A DNA stretch of 64,000 nt from Azolla caroliniana (lineage: Eukaryota > Plantae > Polypodiophyta), in NCBI GenBank assembly GCA_043228905.1, contig JBHGNT010000010.1:2604001-2668000 (forward strand), given 5' to 3'. Made by a program: the position numbers and the translations under genes. Shown here one piece after another: positions 23,401 through 34,700 of this stretch (positions within the stretch are counted from its first letter, which is position 1; every line of letters begins with the position of its first letter). A model generated the notes under the pieces. The model did no database searches. It had not been told where the DNA came from and saw nothing but the letters and a program-made list of their open reading frames with translations.

Positions 23401-25823
23401 CGGATTCCCTTCGAGCGACAGTACTCCTGGAACTGTCCCCGGTATTCCCCTCCGTTATCCGCTCGTATCGCTTTCAGCTTCTTGCCGGATTCTCTTTCCA
23501 CTCTCGCGTGGAGATCTTTGAAGACGGACAACACGTGGTCCTTTGTCTTCATCGGTGCCGTCCACAGTCTTCGGCTATGATCATCTATGAATGTTACGAA
23601 GTACTGGGCTCCGCCATGTGACTTCGTTTCTACCTGACACACATCGGTGTGCACCAACTCCAATGGTGCGCTACGTCTCGTCGGTGGCCTTGAGTGGAAG
23701 GAGGTTCGGTTCTGTTTACCGGCCAGGCAATCGGTGCACTTCTCCAGGTGCACATGCTTCACTGGAATAAGGTTGTCTTCTGCAAGCCTCTTCATCCCCT
23801 TCTCACTCATGTGGCACAGTCTTTTGTGCCACAGCTCACCGGCAGTGTCGGTTGCCACATTTAGCTCTTCCGGACATAGCCGGGCATTCATCAGGTACAG
23901 TGTGTTGTCTTTCCGGGCCCGAGCCACTATCAGGCTCCCCTTGCTGAACTTCATTACGCCGTTCCGGATGCTACCTGTGTAGCCTTCATCGTCTAGCCTT
24001 CCGGCCGAAATCAGGTTCAGTCGAACCTCCGGAACGTGTCGGACATCCTTTAGCAGCATTTTGCATCTGGTCGGGGTTGTCAACCACACGTCTCCGATGC
24101 CGGCAATCCGGCACGTACCTTCATTTCCCATCCGAACACAGCCATGCTCACCGGCTGTGTAGGATGAGAAGTATCTTCTCTCCGGGGTCAGGTGGAACGA
24201 TGCTCCGGAATCGACCACCCAGGTCGTCTCATCGCCGGCAATGTTTAGTTCACCTTCTTCGGTGATGACCATGATTTCTTCCTCACTTGCCGCGAGTGCC
24301 GTCGTTCCTTTCCTGTCCTGCCCTCGCCGATCCGAACCTCTCCGGTCCGTGGCTCCCCGGTATGCACCGTTTCTCTCCGGTGACTTCTTCGAATCGGTGT
24401 CGTCGGCTCCGTTGTCTTTTCGGTAATGCCGACAATTCTTTCGGAAGTGCCCCGGCTTCCCACAGTGGAAGCATGTGGGCCTTCCTCTTGACTGCGACAG
24501 GGTCCCCGACTTCTCCCGTCTTTGCGGACTCCGGTTCCATTGTCTTCCCCGATCCGATTCGGTAAGCAGCGCCTTCGGGTCGGAGGCCGGTTCTTTATCT
24601 CTCCGACGCGCTTCTTCATTCAAAATACTCGTCTTTACCGTTTGCAAGGACAAGTTATCTTCTGTGCAGGAGGTGCTGAGAGTCACCACCAAGTTCTCCC
24701 AGCTTTCCGGCAATGTACACATCAGGATGATGGCTTGCATTGCATCCTCCAACGGGAACTTGATCGCCGCAAGCTGATTCACGAATCCCATGAACGTGCT
24801 TACGTGTTCCACCATACTCTCGCCGTCTCGATACTTGAGGTTCACTATCTTCCTCATCAGGGAGGTCCGGTTCAAAGCATTCTTCCTCTCGTAGAGGCCC
24901 GACAGCTTCTTCCACATCTCATATGCGTTGGTGTCGTTCGCCACATGTTGTAGGACGCTTACATCGACATATTGTCGGATCGTCGCTACGGCTTTCCGGT
25001 TCAGGAGCTTCCACTCCGACTCAAGTACCCCTTTCGGTATTTCCGACCTGTCAATCGGTTCGTACAGGTCCCGAACAATCAGAAGATCCTCCATCTTGAT
25101 CTTCCAGTCGGCGTAATTCTGCGCATTCAGCACCATCATCCCCGGCTGCCCGCTGCCGCCGCCTTCCATTTTCTACAGCAGTTCGCTCTGATACCAGTTT
25201 GTTGGGGAATCGTCGCTTCGATTCACCTTCACCACTCGGCCACAACCGAGTAATCGCGGATCAATGCAGCAGAAAATAGGAACCAAACGAAGAGACAAAA
25301 CGCGAACACAAGGATTAACGTGGAAAACCCTAGATGGGAAAAACCACGGGAGTACAAGACTCCAAACCAACGCTATACAAAAGAAGTATACAATGGCGAG
25401 CTGCAAGGCGACGACCTTGAGCTCGCTGTCCTCGCCACAGGCGGCGGAAATACACAGAGGCGTCGACCTCTTCCTCTCTCTCTCTCTCTCTCGCGATCTA
25501 TCTCTCTCTCTCTCTCACGACTGCTCTCTCTCTTCACTCCTCTAGAGTGGAAAAACAGAAAAATGAGTAGCAACACTAAAACTGTTTGCCCTAAGTCATA
25601 TTTATACTTATATGACTTTGGGCTATTTACAACTATAGCCTCAGGGGCCCATAGCGAACATATTCACGGATATGTCCCTGCATCCGGATCGCTCTCCGGG
25701 TACATTCGTCATCCGGCACCGAAGCCGGGGTCTTCGTCATTCGGATCCGAAACCGAAACCGGGCTTGTCGGCATTGGCCTCCGACATCCGACCATCCCAT
25801 CCGAAGGGACCGTAATCCCAACA
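20462..25823 (-). mobile_element. Element C: intact Ty1/copia (Tnt1/Tork-like), TSD GTTCG, inserted in the integrase of B
   Basis: LTRs 20462-21085 and 25200-25823 (624 bp, ~2 mismatches). tRNA-iMet PBS tggtatcagagc at 25185-25196 (minus). PPT at ~21088-21097. GTTCG at 20457-61 and 25824-28. Confidence 0.97.
21096..25169 (-). CDS. Copia gag-pol polyprotein of element C (1357 aa, uninterrupted)
   Basis: Gag, CFHCGKPGHFRKNC, WVVDSGAS, WHKRLCH, NGLAER, QMDVKTAFLHG, LYVDDM, SDMLTK. Confidence 0.96.
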   Translation of the reverse strand: MEGGGSGQPGMMVLNAQNYADWKIKMEDLLIVRDLYEPIDRSEIPKGVLESEWKLLNRKAVATIRQYVDVSVLQHVANDTNAYEMWKKLSGLYERKNALNRTSLMRKIVNLKYRDGESMVEHVSTFMGFVNQLAAIKFPLEDAMQAIILMCTLPESWENLVVTLSTSCTEDNLSLQTVKTSILNEEARRRDKEPASDPKALLTESDRGRQWNRSPQRREKSGTLSQSRGRPTCFHCGKPGHFRKNCRHYRKDNGADDTDSKKSPERNGAYRGATDRRGSDRRGQDRKGTTALAASEEEIMVITEEGELNIAGDETTWVVDSGASFHLTPERRYFSSYTAGEHGCVRMGNEGTCRIAGIGDVWLTTPTRCKMLLKDVRHVPEVRLNLISAGRLDDEGYTGSIRNGVMKFSKGSLIVARARKDNTLYLMNARLCPEELNVATDTAGELWHKRLCHMSEKGMKRLAEDNLIPVKHVHLEKCTDCLAGKQNRTSFHSRPPTRRSAPLELVHTDVCQVETKSHGGAQYFVTFIDDHSRRLWTAPMKTKDHVLSVFKDLHARVERESGKKLKAIRADNGGEYRGQFQEYCRSKGIRLEFTVPKTPELNGLAERMNRTIMERVRSMLAHAKLPKGFWAEAMSTATYVINRSPSVPLDGDTPQRVWTGREVSYRHLKVFGCLAYVHVAKDRRGKLDPKTRPCIFLGYGDDEFGYRVWDPVDKKIFRSRDIIFMEDKTLADWESEKKMKSSKSTGEDQLYEEQSRPARDRLALEDPAEDGEETEPAEEDENDIGTGPDPEMDSDEEESEEPVTEAPGRRYPLRERRAPRRFPEPEHVLLTDEGEPESFEEAKHDTQSRRWLSAMQDEMDSLHENHTYELVELPKGKRALRNKWVFKLKPGDAGNPPRYKARIVVKGFQQKKGVDFDEIFAPVVKMTSIRTVLSIAASMDLEVEQMDVKTAFLHGDLDEEIYMQQPEGFEKKGKEHLVCRLKKSLYGLKQAPRQWYRKFDSFMTDEGYLKTQSDHCVFVKKFEGGDFLILLLYVDDMLIVGRDQVKIRMLKKALHRTFSMKDLGSARQILGMHIIRDRKKKLLWLSQEKYVTKVLHRFNMSEARPVGSTLPANCKLSSKQSPKTKAEKEDMMKVPYASAVGSLMYAMVCTRPDIGYAVGVVSRYMSNPGKEHWNAAKWILRYLKGTANVCLRFGSGKPELDGFTDSDMSADADTSRSTSGYVMTYAGGAVSWQSRLQKTVALSTTEAEYMAAVEAGKEVIWMKDFIRELGIRREEYRLYCDSQSAIHLAKNAAYHSRTKHIQRRYHWIRERIEDKEFVLTKIHTDENGSDMLTKVLTPDKLEACRKRIGLERHPMPK

Positions 25824-26218
25824 GTTCGGGCCTTACGTGGTACAAAGCGCCAACGACAACGGGACGTACCATCTGGCGGAACTCGACGGTACGCGAATGG
25901 CGATACCGGTAGCGGGGAAGCGGGTCAAAGCGTTCAAGAAGTGTCACGACAACGAGCCGGATCCGGTTAACCTGGACCGGGACGACGAACGATCCGAAAC
26001 TGAGGAAGAACCGACGGGCGGGGAATGAAGGCTGGACCGGTTTTCTCCGTCCCAACACAATTTGGCGCATGCCGGTGGATGCGCGGTTAGGTGGGGGCGG
26101 TTGTCGTGAAGAAAACCGTCCACGAGCGGAATCCGTGCACCGGAGCGTAGAAACCGACTCTTCATGCATGTGCGCCTTAAGTTGTACATAGGAGATCCTA
26201 GGTAGATTCGGTGGGTAG

Positions 26219-29200
26219 TGTTAAGAAAACGTGAAGAAGGCACTCGGGCTCTTCTTTTGTATGCGCGGCAGATCGTAGTGTGCTGGATCGTTAGCGTGCT
26301 CTAAACAGACAAAGAAAGGAAAGGGGACTTACCTCTGTAGTAGCAAAAATGGTTTTCTTCTATTACATGTAGAGCTCAACTTGCTCTCGTCAGTCTTCTG
26401 GTCTCTCACTCTCTCTCAGAGTTCTCTACTCACTATTCTCTGTTTTTTCTTACTTCTTCCTTCCTATTCACTCTCACTTACTTTTACCTAAGTCATAAGT
26501 TATTACACATGCAGCTAATTAGCTGCCAGTAGCTAATTAACTGTCAGTCGCTAAATAGCTGTTCACTAGCTAATTAGCTGTCACTAGCTAAATAGCTGTT
26601 CAGTCGCTAATTAGCTGTCCATAGCTAAATAGCTGTTTTACCTTTTTGTTCACTAGTAGCTAAATAGCTACTATAGCTTATTTCTCATAAGCATCACATA
26701 CCATGTTGAGCTTGCTTCTCAACACTCCCCCTCAAGCTCAACTTATTCTTGCTTGAGGTTCTCTTCAATCTTCTTTTCCATTTTGCTTTTTAGCCATCTC
26801 ATCAATGTTTACAACTCCCATCATGTTCCGAAACTGTGTATGTTTTTCCACACTCAATCCCTTCGTAAGGATATCAGCAACCTGCTGATTTGTATTCACA
26901 TACACCAGATCAACTTCACCTTCCATCACTTTTTCTCTAACAAAGTGATAATGCACCTCAATGTGCTTTGTTCTTGCATGGAACACTGGGTTCTTTGCAA
27001 GCTGAATGCTGCTCATATTGTCACACCAGATTGTGACAGCACCATCTATATATACTCCCAGATCAGCAAGCAGTCTTCTGATCCATACTTCTTCACATGT
27101 GGCTATTGCAGCCCCTCTATACTCAGCTTCTGTACTGGACAATGCAACAGTAGCCTGTTTCTTGCTACTCCATGAAATTCCTGCACTTCCCAAGGTAAAC
27201 ATGTATCCACTTGTGGATCTCCTGTCTGTTTGGCTTCTAGCCCAATCAGCATCTGTATATCCTTCCAGATTTATGTCTAGATCAGCCCTGTAAAATAGTC
27301 CAAAGTTCTGAGTTGCTTTTACATACCTCAGAATCCTTCTGATGCAGTCCAAATGTGGCTTTGTTGGCTGTTGCATAAACTGGCTGACTAATCCAACAGC
27401 ATAGCTCAAATCAGGTCTTGTTATAGTCAAATAAATAAGGCTGCCCACCATAGACCTGTACATGTTTACATCTTCTATCTTGGCTCCCAAATCAGCCCTC
27501 AACTTGCAGTTTTTATCAAGTGGTACAGCAATAGGTTTGCATCCAAGCATACCATACTTTTTCAACATAGTTGTTGCATACTGTTTTTGCAACATACATA
27601 TACCACTTTCAGATCTGATGATTTCAATACCAAGAAAATATCTCAGATCTCCCAAATCTTTCATATGAAACTGCATTTCCAGATTTTTTTTCAACTTTCT
27701 TATTTCATCCACGGAATCTCCTCCAATAATCAAATCATCTACATAAATCAGAATAATAACAATGCAATCATTTTCACTTTTTACATACAAAGAAGGATCA
27801 GCTTTTGACATTTTGAAACCAAGATTTTTCAGAGAATCTGAAAGTTCTCTGTGCCATGCTCTTGGTGCCTGTTTCAGTCCATAGAGAGCTTTTTTCAGCT
27901 TACATACATAATCAGGATGTTTCTTATCTTCAAAACCTGGTGGTTGACTCATATACACTTCTTCTTCCAAGTTACCATGTAAAAAAGCATTTTTTACATC
28001 CATGTGATGCAAAATCCATTTTCTGGCTGCTCCTACAGCAAGTAGTGTTCTCAAGGTTGCCATCTTTGCAACCGGTGCAAAAGTCTCATCATAATCAATC
28101 CCTTGCATCTGAGCATATCCTTTTGCAACCAATCTTGCTTTATGTCTACTTACATTCCCATTGGAGTCATGCTTTGTCTTGTAGACCCATTTGCAGCCTA
28201 CCACATTTTTCTCTTTTGGTAACTTCACTAAATCCCACGTTTTGTTCTCAGCCAATGCATCAATCTCTTCTTGCATTGCATCCATCCATTTCTTCTCAGA
28301 TTTTGCTTCTTCAAAGCTGTTTGGGTCAGGGATCTGTACCACCTTAGACATATATGCATAGTGCATAGCCATATATGTATCATACCCAAATCTTTCCACA
28401 GTCTTTTTCTCTCTATCTGATCTTCTCAGTTTCTGATTTGCATTCTTTATTGCCTTTTCCATACCAGGGATTTTCATTTCCTGTATTCCAAGGAAATCAT
28501 CCAAAGACATATCTGAATCTTCATCTTCCATGTTTTTTGATAGGTCATCCAGGATTTCATACTCTGGCATTTTCTGTTTTCCTTTTTTGTCATCAGATTT
28601 TTTCTGTCCAGTTTTTCCACTCCATGAATTTGAATCAGATTTACCATCTGAGCTTTTTGATGGTCCAGAACATTCTGTTGATGTTGGACTTTGCTGTCCA
28701 ACCTTGTCTCCATCTCTGTGACAGTCTTCTACATTTTCTGATCTGTCTTTGTCTTCATTTTGACAGTCTTCATCAGTCTCTAGATTCTGTTTTGGGCTGT
28801 ACCAACTAGCCAACTCATCAAATATCACATCTCGACTTGTCACAATCTTTTTAGTCACAGGGTTATAACATCTGTACCCTTTTTGTTCTTCTGAATATCC
28901 AACAAAGATACATTTTTCTGCTTTTGGATCCAACTTACTTCTTACTTCTGCTGGCACATGTACATATGCAAGGCATCCAAACACTTTTAAGTGTTCTATA
29001 CTAGGTTTCCTTCCATAGAAACACTCTTCAGGAGTTGCTTCATGTACTCCCGATGTTATACATCTATTTAGAATATAATTTGCTGTATTTACAGCTTCTG
29101 CCCAATAGTACAATGGCATATTCTTCTCTGTCATCAAAGCCCTTGCAATGTTCACCAATGTTCTGTTTTTCCTCTCAGCAACTCCATTTTGTTGTGGAGT

Positions 29201-31739
29201 ATATCTACATGTGAACTGTCTTCTTATTCCCTGATTGCATAGAAAATTAGAAAATTCATTGGAGAAATACTCTCCTCCTCCATCAGATCTTAAACATTTT
29301 ATTCTTGTACCTGCCTGCTTTTCTACCATGCATTTAAACTTACGAAAACATTCAAATACTTCACTTTTCTCCTTCATGAAGTACACCCATGTCTTCCGTG
29401 AACAATCATCAATAAATGTAACATAAAATCTGCATCCACCAATAGATGCATTCTTTGTTGGTCCCCATACATCTGTATGTACCAAATCCAACAGATTTTT
29501 GCTTACATGTCTCTCATGAGGGAATGGCAACCTGTTTTGCTTACCATATTGACATGCTTCACATACTTTTCCCATTTCACACTTTTTCAAGTTTGGCAGT
29601 CCAGCCACTGCATCTTTTCTCAACATATTCTTTAATGTTTGCATACTTATATGGCCAATCCTTTTATGCCACATTTCCACATCTGAGATTACACTCGTTC
29701 CATTTGCAAACATGGCTGAAATCTGTTTGGGCATTTCTACATCCAAGATAAACATTCTTCCTTGTCTCTTCCCTTTTGCAATGAGCTTCCCATTCTTTTC
29801 TATATAGCATCCACTTTGCTTAAACTTCACTTGCATACCTTGCTCTACAATCTGTCCAACAGAAATCAGATTCTTAGCAAGGTTTGGAACATGCATCACA
29901 TTCAACATATACTTGGTTTTTCCTCTTTCTTCCCACAATGGGATATCTCCAACATGTTTTATTTGGTGAGTTGTGTCATCACCTGTTTGTACATAACCAG
30001 GAACCTCTGGTTCTCTTAAACTCTCAAACCAATTTGCATGTCCAGTCATATGGTTAGATGCCCCCGAGTCTACATACCACGTAAACTCCTCATTACATTT
30101 CTGTGAGCTTTCAGCCACTGCTGCTATCTCATGTTGCACTACAAAAACACCTTCCTTTTCACAATCTTCACTAGTAGAGGCATAGTTACTCTGTTGTCCT
30201 TTTCCTCTTTTCTCATCATTTTGTTTCTTGTAACATTCAGCCTGTGTATGGCCTGGTTTACCACAATACCAGCAGCCATCATCATTTACATAAGTTTGCT
30301 TACCTCTACCTCGGTTGCTCCCCCTGCCTCTGTTGTTGTTTCCTCCTCTATGAGCTTGTTGTCCTCTTCCTTGAAAGCCATTATTATTGGTTCTTCCTGA
30401 GCCAAATCTTCCATGGCCTCTTCCTCGGCCTCTTCCGGCATTATTATAGAGGGCTTGCCCCTCGTTCTCTGAGTTTCCTTTATTTGCATCATCCATCTGA
30501 TTCCTTTCCTCTACCACAAGCATTGAGACCAGATCTGAAAAACTTGGGATACTATCCCTTGTGAGCATAGAAGTTTTAAAACTCTTGTATTGAGGTCCTA
30601 AGCCTCTTAAGCATATTTCCACTTTGTCATCATCTTCTATCTTCACATTGATAGAAGCAAGTGATTCACATATACTCTTGATTTTTAGGGCATATTCATT
30701 TATTGACATCTTACCTTTCTCCAAGATATTTAGCTCAGTCTTTAACTGGAGCTTTCTAGCCTTTGTGTTCACAGCAAACAGTTTTACCAAGTTGTCCCAA
30801 GCTTCTTTTGGGAGCATAGCATCTTGTATATGCCCAAGCATTGAATCTGAGATGCTGAGTGATAGCCAATGCATTACTTTCCTTGCCCCTTGATTCCAAT
30901 CTTTAAATGCCTTAATATGTGCAGCTGTTGCATTCTCTTCTGGGATCTCTGGAGCCTCTTCTAGGTCTCCTTCAATGTAATCCCAGTATCCTTTCCCCAT
31001 CAGAAAGTTTGTCATTCTGAATTTCCAAGCCGGGAAATTGTTTTTATCTAATTTCTCTGTGACCATTTGGCCTACATTCTCTGCAGCCATTTTTTTCCTT
31101 CCAAAAACCAGGGTTTTGCTTTAGTTACTTCAATAAGTAACTTTTTGATTTCTGATCAGCAACCAGAGAAATAACTTTCTCAGATTAAGGCACTGCTATA
31201 CTCTTCCTTACGAGCTACTCTGCTCTGATACCATGTTAAGAAAACGTGAAGAAGGCACTCGGGCTCTTCTTTTGTATGCGCGGCGGATCGTAGCGTGCTG
31301 GATCGTTAGCGTGCTCTAAACAGACAAAGAAAGGAAAGGGGACTTACCTCTGTAGTAGCAAAAATGGTTTTCTTCTATTACATGTAGAGCTCAACTTGCT
31401 CTCGTCAGTCTTCTGGTCTCTCACTCTCTCTCAGAGTTCTCTACTCACTATTCTCTGTTTTTTCTTACTTCTTCCTTCCTATTCACTCTCACTTACTTTT
31501 ACCTAAGTCATAAGTTATTACACATGCAGCTAATTAGCTGCCAGTAGCTAATTAGCTGTCAGTCGCTAAATAGCTGTTCACTAGCTAATTAGCTGTCACT
31601 AGCTAAATAGCTGTTCAGTCGCTAATTAGCTGTCCATAGCTAAATAGCTGTTTTACCTTTTTGTTCACTAGTAGCTAAATAGCTACTATAGCTTATTTCT
31701 CATAAGCATCACATACCATGTTGAGCTTGCTTCTCAACA
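26219..31739 (-). mobile_element. Element D: intact AT-rich Ty1/copia, TSD GGTAG, inserted in the 3' LTR of B
   Basis: LTRs 26219-26724 and 31234-31739 (506 bp, ~3 mismatches). iMet PBS at 31222-31233. PPT at 26725-26732. GGTAG at 26214-18 and 31740-44. Confidence 0.97.
26765..31090 (-). CDS. Copia gag-pol polyprotein of element D (1441 aa, uninterrupted)
   Basis: RG-rich gag with CWYCGKPGHTQAEC, WYVDSGAS, QQNGVAERKNR, HMDVKNAFLHG, IYVDDL, ADILTK. Confidence 0.96.
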   Translation of the reverse strand: MAAENVGQMVTEKLDKNNFPAWKFRMTNFLMGKGYWDYIEGDLEEAPEIPEENATAAHIKAFKDWNQGARKVMHWLSLSISDSMLGHIQDAMLPKEAWDNLVKLFAVNTKARKLQLKTELNILEKGKMSINEYALKIKSICESLASINVKIEDDDKVEICLRGLGPQYKSFKTSMLTRDSIPSFSDLVSMLVVEERNQMDDANKGNSENEGQALYNNAGRGRGRGHGRFGSGRTNNNGFQGRGQQAHRGGNNNRGRGSNRGRGKQTYVNDDGCWYCGKPGHTQAECYKKQNDEKRGKGQQSNYASTSEDCEKEGVFVVQHEIAAVAESSQKCNEEFTWYVDSGASNHMTGHANWFESLREPEVPGYVQTGDDTTHQIKHVGDIPLWEERGKTKYMLNVMHVPNLAKNLISVGQIVEQGMQVKFKQSGCYIEKNGKLIAKGKRQGRMFILDVEMPKQISAMFANGTSVISDVEMWHKRIGHISMQTLKNMLRKDAVAGLPNLKKCEMGKVCEACQYGKQNRLPFPHERHVSKNLLDLVHTDVWGPTKNASIGGCRFYVTFIDDCSRKTWVYFMKEKSEVFECFRKFKCMVEKQAGTRIKCLRSDGGGEYFSNEFSNFLCNQGIRRQFTCRYTPQQNGVAERKNRTLVNIARALMTEKNMPLYYWAEAVNTANYILNRCITSGVHEATPEECFYGRKPSIEHLKVFGCLAYVHVPAEVRSKLDPKAEKCIFVGYSEEQKGYRCYNPVTKKIVTSRDVIFDELASWYSPKQNLETDEDCQNEDKDRSENVEDCHRDGDKVGQQSPTSTECSGPSKSSDGKSDSNSWSGKTGQKKSDDKKGKQKMPEYEILDDLSKNMEDEDSDMSLDDFLGIQEMKIPGMEKAIKNANQKLRRSDREKKTVERFGYDTYMAMHYAYMSKVVQIPDPNSFEEAKSEKKWMDAMQEEIDALAENKTWDLVKLPKEKNVVGCKWVYKTKHDSNGNVSRHKARLVAKGYAQMQGIDYDETFAPVAKMATLRTLLAVGAARKWILHHMDVKNAFLHGNLEEEVYMSQPPGFEDKKHPDYVCKLKKALYGLKQAPRAWHRELSDSLKNLGFKMSKADPSLYVKSENDCIVIILIYVDDLIIGGDSVDEIRKLKKNLEMQFHMKDLGDLRYFLGIEIIRSESGICMLQKQYATTMLKKYGMLGCKPIAVPLDKNCKLRADLGAKIEDVNMYRSMVGSLIYLTITRPDLSYAVGLVSQFMQQPTKPHLDCIRRILRYVKATQNFGLFYRADLDINLEGYTDADWARSQTDRRSTSGYMFTLGSAGISWSSKKQATVALSSTEAEYRGAAIATCEEVWIRRLLADLGVYIDGAVTIWCDNMSSIQLAKNPVFHARTKHIEVHYHFVREKVMEGEVDLVYVNTNQQVADILTKGLSVEKHTQFRNMMGVVNIDEMAKKQNGKED

Positions 31740-34700
31740 GGTAGGAAGTTAGGGGGGGGGGGAAACGGCTCCTTCCCTGCCTATAAAAGGAGGGAGACGC
31801 GAAAGAGGAGGGGATCGCGGAGAGTCGAGGACGAAGTGCTATCGGTTGCGTGCGAAGGCTTCTCTCTCTCTCTCTCTCTCTGGTTCGTAAACTCCATAGC
31901 TTCCTTCTGTGCAGGTTTCGGGAGGCTCGCGCTGCTCTGAGGAATGCCCGAGTGCTTCCGGCAGCACCTCCAGCCTGCTCCTGCTTTTCTGTGCGTTTAC
32001 GAACTGGTATCGGCATCTGTTCGCCGGCCTGTTCGGTTGTAACCGACTCTGTGTTGTGTTGTTTGTTGTTTGTTAATACATACATACGTTTGTGTCTTCT
32101 TGTGTCGCTGTCCCACTCGCGTCCTTGTGTCGAAGGGCCGTGTCCTTGTGAATCTACTCTCGCACGTAGTGGGCATCTTCTCCTTTCTTTCTTGCTCTTT
32201 GGTACAGGACCCCCGAGGTCCCGCCTCATTCCACGTATCCGCGAGGAAAACCTCGACAACGTACTGAAGTTCGACTTCACTGGAAAGGACACGCTCACGG
32301 ACGAAATGGTAGTGCACCTCAATGTGCTTGGTCCGTGTGTGGAAAATAGGGTTTTTCGCGAGCTGGATGCTGCTGAGGTTGTCACAGTAGATCGTCGTCG
32401 AATCTGACACCTCCTCTTGCAGGTCCCTAAGTAGCCGCTTCAACCATATGGCTTTGCATGTCGCGACAACCGCTCCTCGGTACTCAGCTTCAGTGCTCGA
32501 CAGAGCAACTGTCGGCTGCTTCTTATTGCTCCACGCGATCGCGGCACTCTCGAGGGAAAATGCGTATCCGGACGTGGATCAACGATCGGCGGCGTTGCCA
32601 GCCCAATCAACATCGGTGTAGCCGACTAATTGCACGGTTGCACCGGTCCGATACAGCAGTCCCCGGTCCTTAGTGCCGTTGACATACCGAAGTATGCGTT
32701 GCGCACACTGAAGGTGCTCCTCGGTAGGTCGCGCCATGAACTGATTGATCACTCCGACCGGATAACTGAGGTCGGGTCGCATACCTTTCCCGTATCGGGA
32801 CGAAGCTTGATGGTTCTGTCCAGAGGAATCGAGACGGACTTACAGTCGGCCTCCCGAGTTTGAAGAGCATACCCAGCACGTAATGACGTTGGCTGATCAA
32901 TATGCCTTCGGGGGTACGGATCACTTCGATCCCGAGGAAGTAATGAAGGTCCCCCAGATCCTTCATGTCGAATGATGCCGCAAGCTGGAGCTTCACGCGG
33001 TCGATTTCACCTAGGTCAGCGCCGGTGATGACCAAGTCATCGACATATAGTAGAATACTAACCGGTCCGAGTCGACCTTTCTAGATGAACAGGGAAGAGT
33101 CCGATTTTGACGTGACGAAGCCCATCCGACGCAGTTGTTGCGTGATCTTCGCGTTCCAGGCACGCGGGGCTTGCTTCAGTCCGTAAAGGGACTTTTTCAG
33201 TCGGCATACTGCCGAGGAGTTCGTTCCAGAGTGAAATCCGGGGGGCTGTACCATGTACACTTGTTCCTCAAGGTCACCTTGCAGGAACACATTCTTGACA
33301 TCCATCTGATGTAGGTGCCACCCCTTCGCCGCAGCTACTGCGAGCAAAACACGGACGATCGTCATTTTCGCGACCGGCGCAAACGTCTCATCGTAGTCGA
33401 TGCCGTGTTTCTGCGCGTAGCCCTTTGCCACTAGTCGAGCCTTGTACCGGTTGACGGAGCCATCAATGTTGTACTTGACCTTGTATACCCACCTACACCC
33501 GATCAGTTTTACCCCTCTTGGTGCGTCAACCAGGTCCCAGGTCTCGTTCTCCGCCAATGCGTGCATCTCTTCCTCCATCGCGGCACGCCAATTCGCGTCT
33601 TTAGCCGCTTCTGCGTAGCTCTCCAGCTCACGCACTTCCGCTACATGGGTCATGTACGCATAATGATGCGCCATGTACTCGTTGTATCCGAACCGCAAAA
33701 CAGGGTTCTTCTGGCGGGTAGATCGGCGTAATCTCACATTAGCCGATGTCGAGGCCTTCTCGGTCGACGCGGTCTTCACCTTTAAAGACCCGTCACCGGT
33801 TCCCTCGAAGTCGGACTCGCGTCGGTCTGACTCGTTCCTATCCGTGCCGGAATCCGACACCTTCTTCTTCCCTTTCTCTTTGCGCGTAAGCCATCTCCTT
33901 GGCTTCCTGCGCGGGGAATGCACGACCGAGTCTCCACTACTCGCCGGCTCTTCATCGGACTGGTCGTACCGACTCAGTCGTCCAATCGGTCCAGTTAAAC
34001 GGAGTGAAATCGGACTCTCTTCGCGGGTCTCGATTTCGGGCTCATCCGGAGGCATCTCGGCCTCGCTGACCTCATCGTTAGAACTCGGATTGGAGTCGGG
34101 GGCTGGTACCAGGACGCGGACTCGTCAACCACAACGTCGCGGCTGACATGCACTTGTTTGGTGCGAGGGTTATAACACTTATAACCCTTCTGCTCGTCCG
34201 AGTAATCGACCAAGATGCATTTCTCGGCCTTTGCGTCCAGCTTCCTCCTTTTCTCCTTCGGTACATGCACATACGCAATGCTATCGAACACCCTCAAGTG
34301 TCACAAGTTCGGCTTCGTTCTGAAATATAGCTCGTGTGCCAACACTTTGTCTCTGATCCGGTTCTGGATGTATACCGCGGTCCTTACCGCCTCGGTCCAG
34401 TAGAACTTGGGCAAGCTCTTCTCCTCCAGCATTGCCCGTGCCGCTTCCACAACTGACCGATTCTTCCTCTCGGCCACGCCGTTCTACTCCGGTGTGTATC
34501 TACAACTGAATTCGCGCCGAATTCCCATTTGTTGTAGATAACCATTGAATTGACCGGAAAAGTACTCTTTCCCGCCATCTGACCGTAGGCACTTGATCTT
34601 TCGTCCCGTCTCCGTTTCCACGAACCCTTTGAGGTCACGGAAACAGTCAAAGACTTCGCTCTTCCTCTCAATGAGGTAGATCCACGTGTGCCGCGTGTGG

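Larger units (their letters stand above)
17188..26028 (+). pseudogene. Element B ORF2 (RT-RNase H-integrase), in the -1 frame of ORF1; two nonsense mutations and interrupted by C
   Basis: RT LPQGGTNS/PFLDDIPIKG, RNase H, HHCC-DDE integrase and RWF|GPY. Stops at 18172 (CAG>TAG) and 20107 (CGA>TGA). Resumes at 25829-26028. Confidence 0.9.
14405..32258 (+). mobile_element. Element B: full-length Ty3/gypsy (fungal Ylt1-like / Phygy-Selgy-type), tRNA-Trp PBS, 4-bp TSD ACGT, inserted in the RNase H of A
   Basis: 5' LTR 14405-15027. PBS tggtgaacccgacgtga at 15031-15047. PPT aggtgggggcgg before 26102. 3' LTR 26102-26218 plus 31745-32258. ACGT at 14401-04 and 32259-62. Confidence 0.95.

Noticed and set aside
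14400-26100. GC-rich block as bacterial contamination or prophage
   Set aside because: Fully explained by LTR retrotransposons with TSDs that are continuous with plant sequence.
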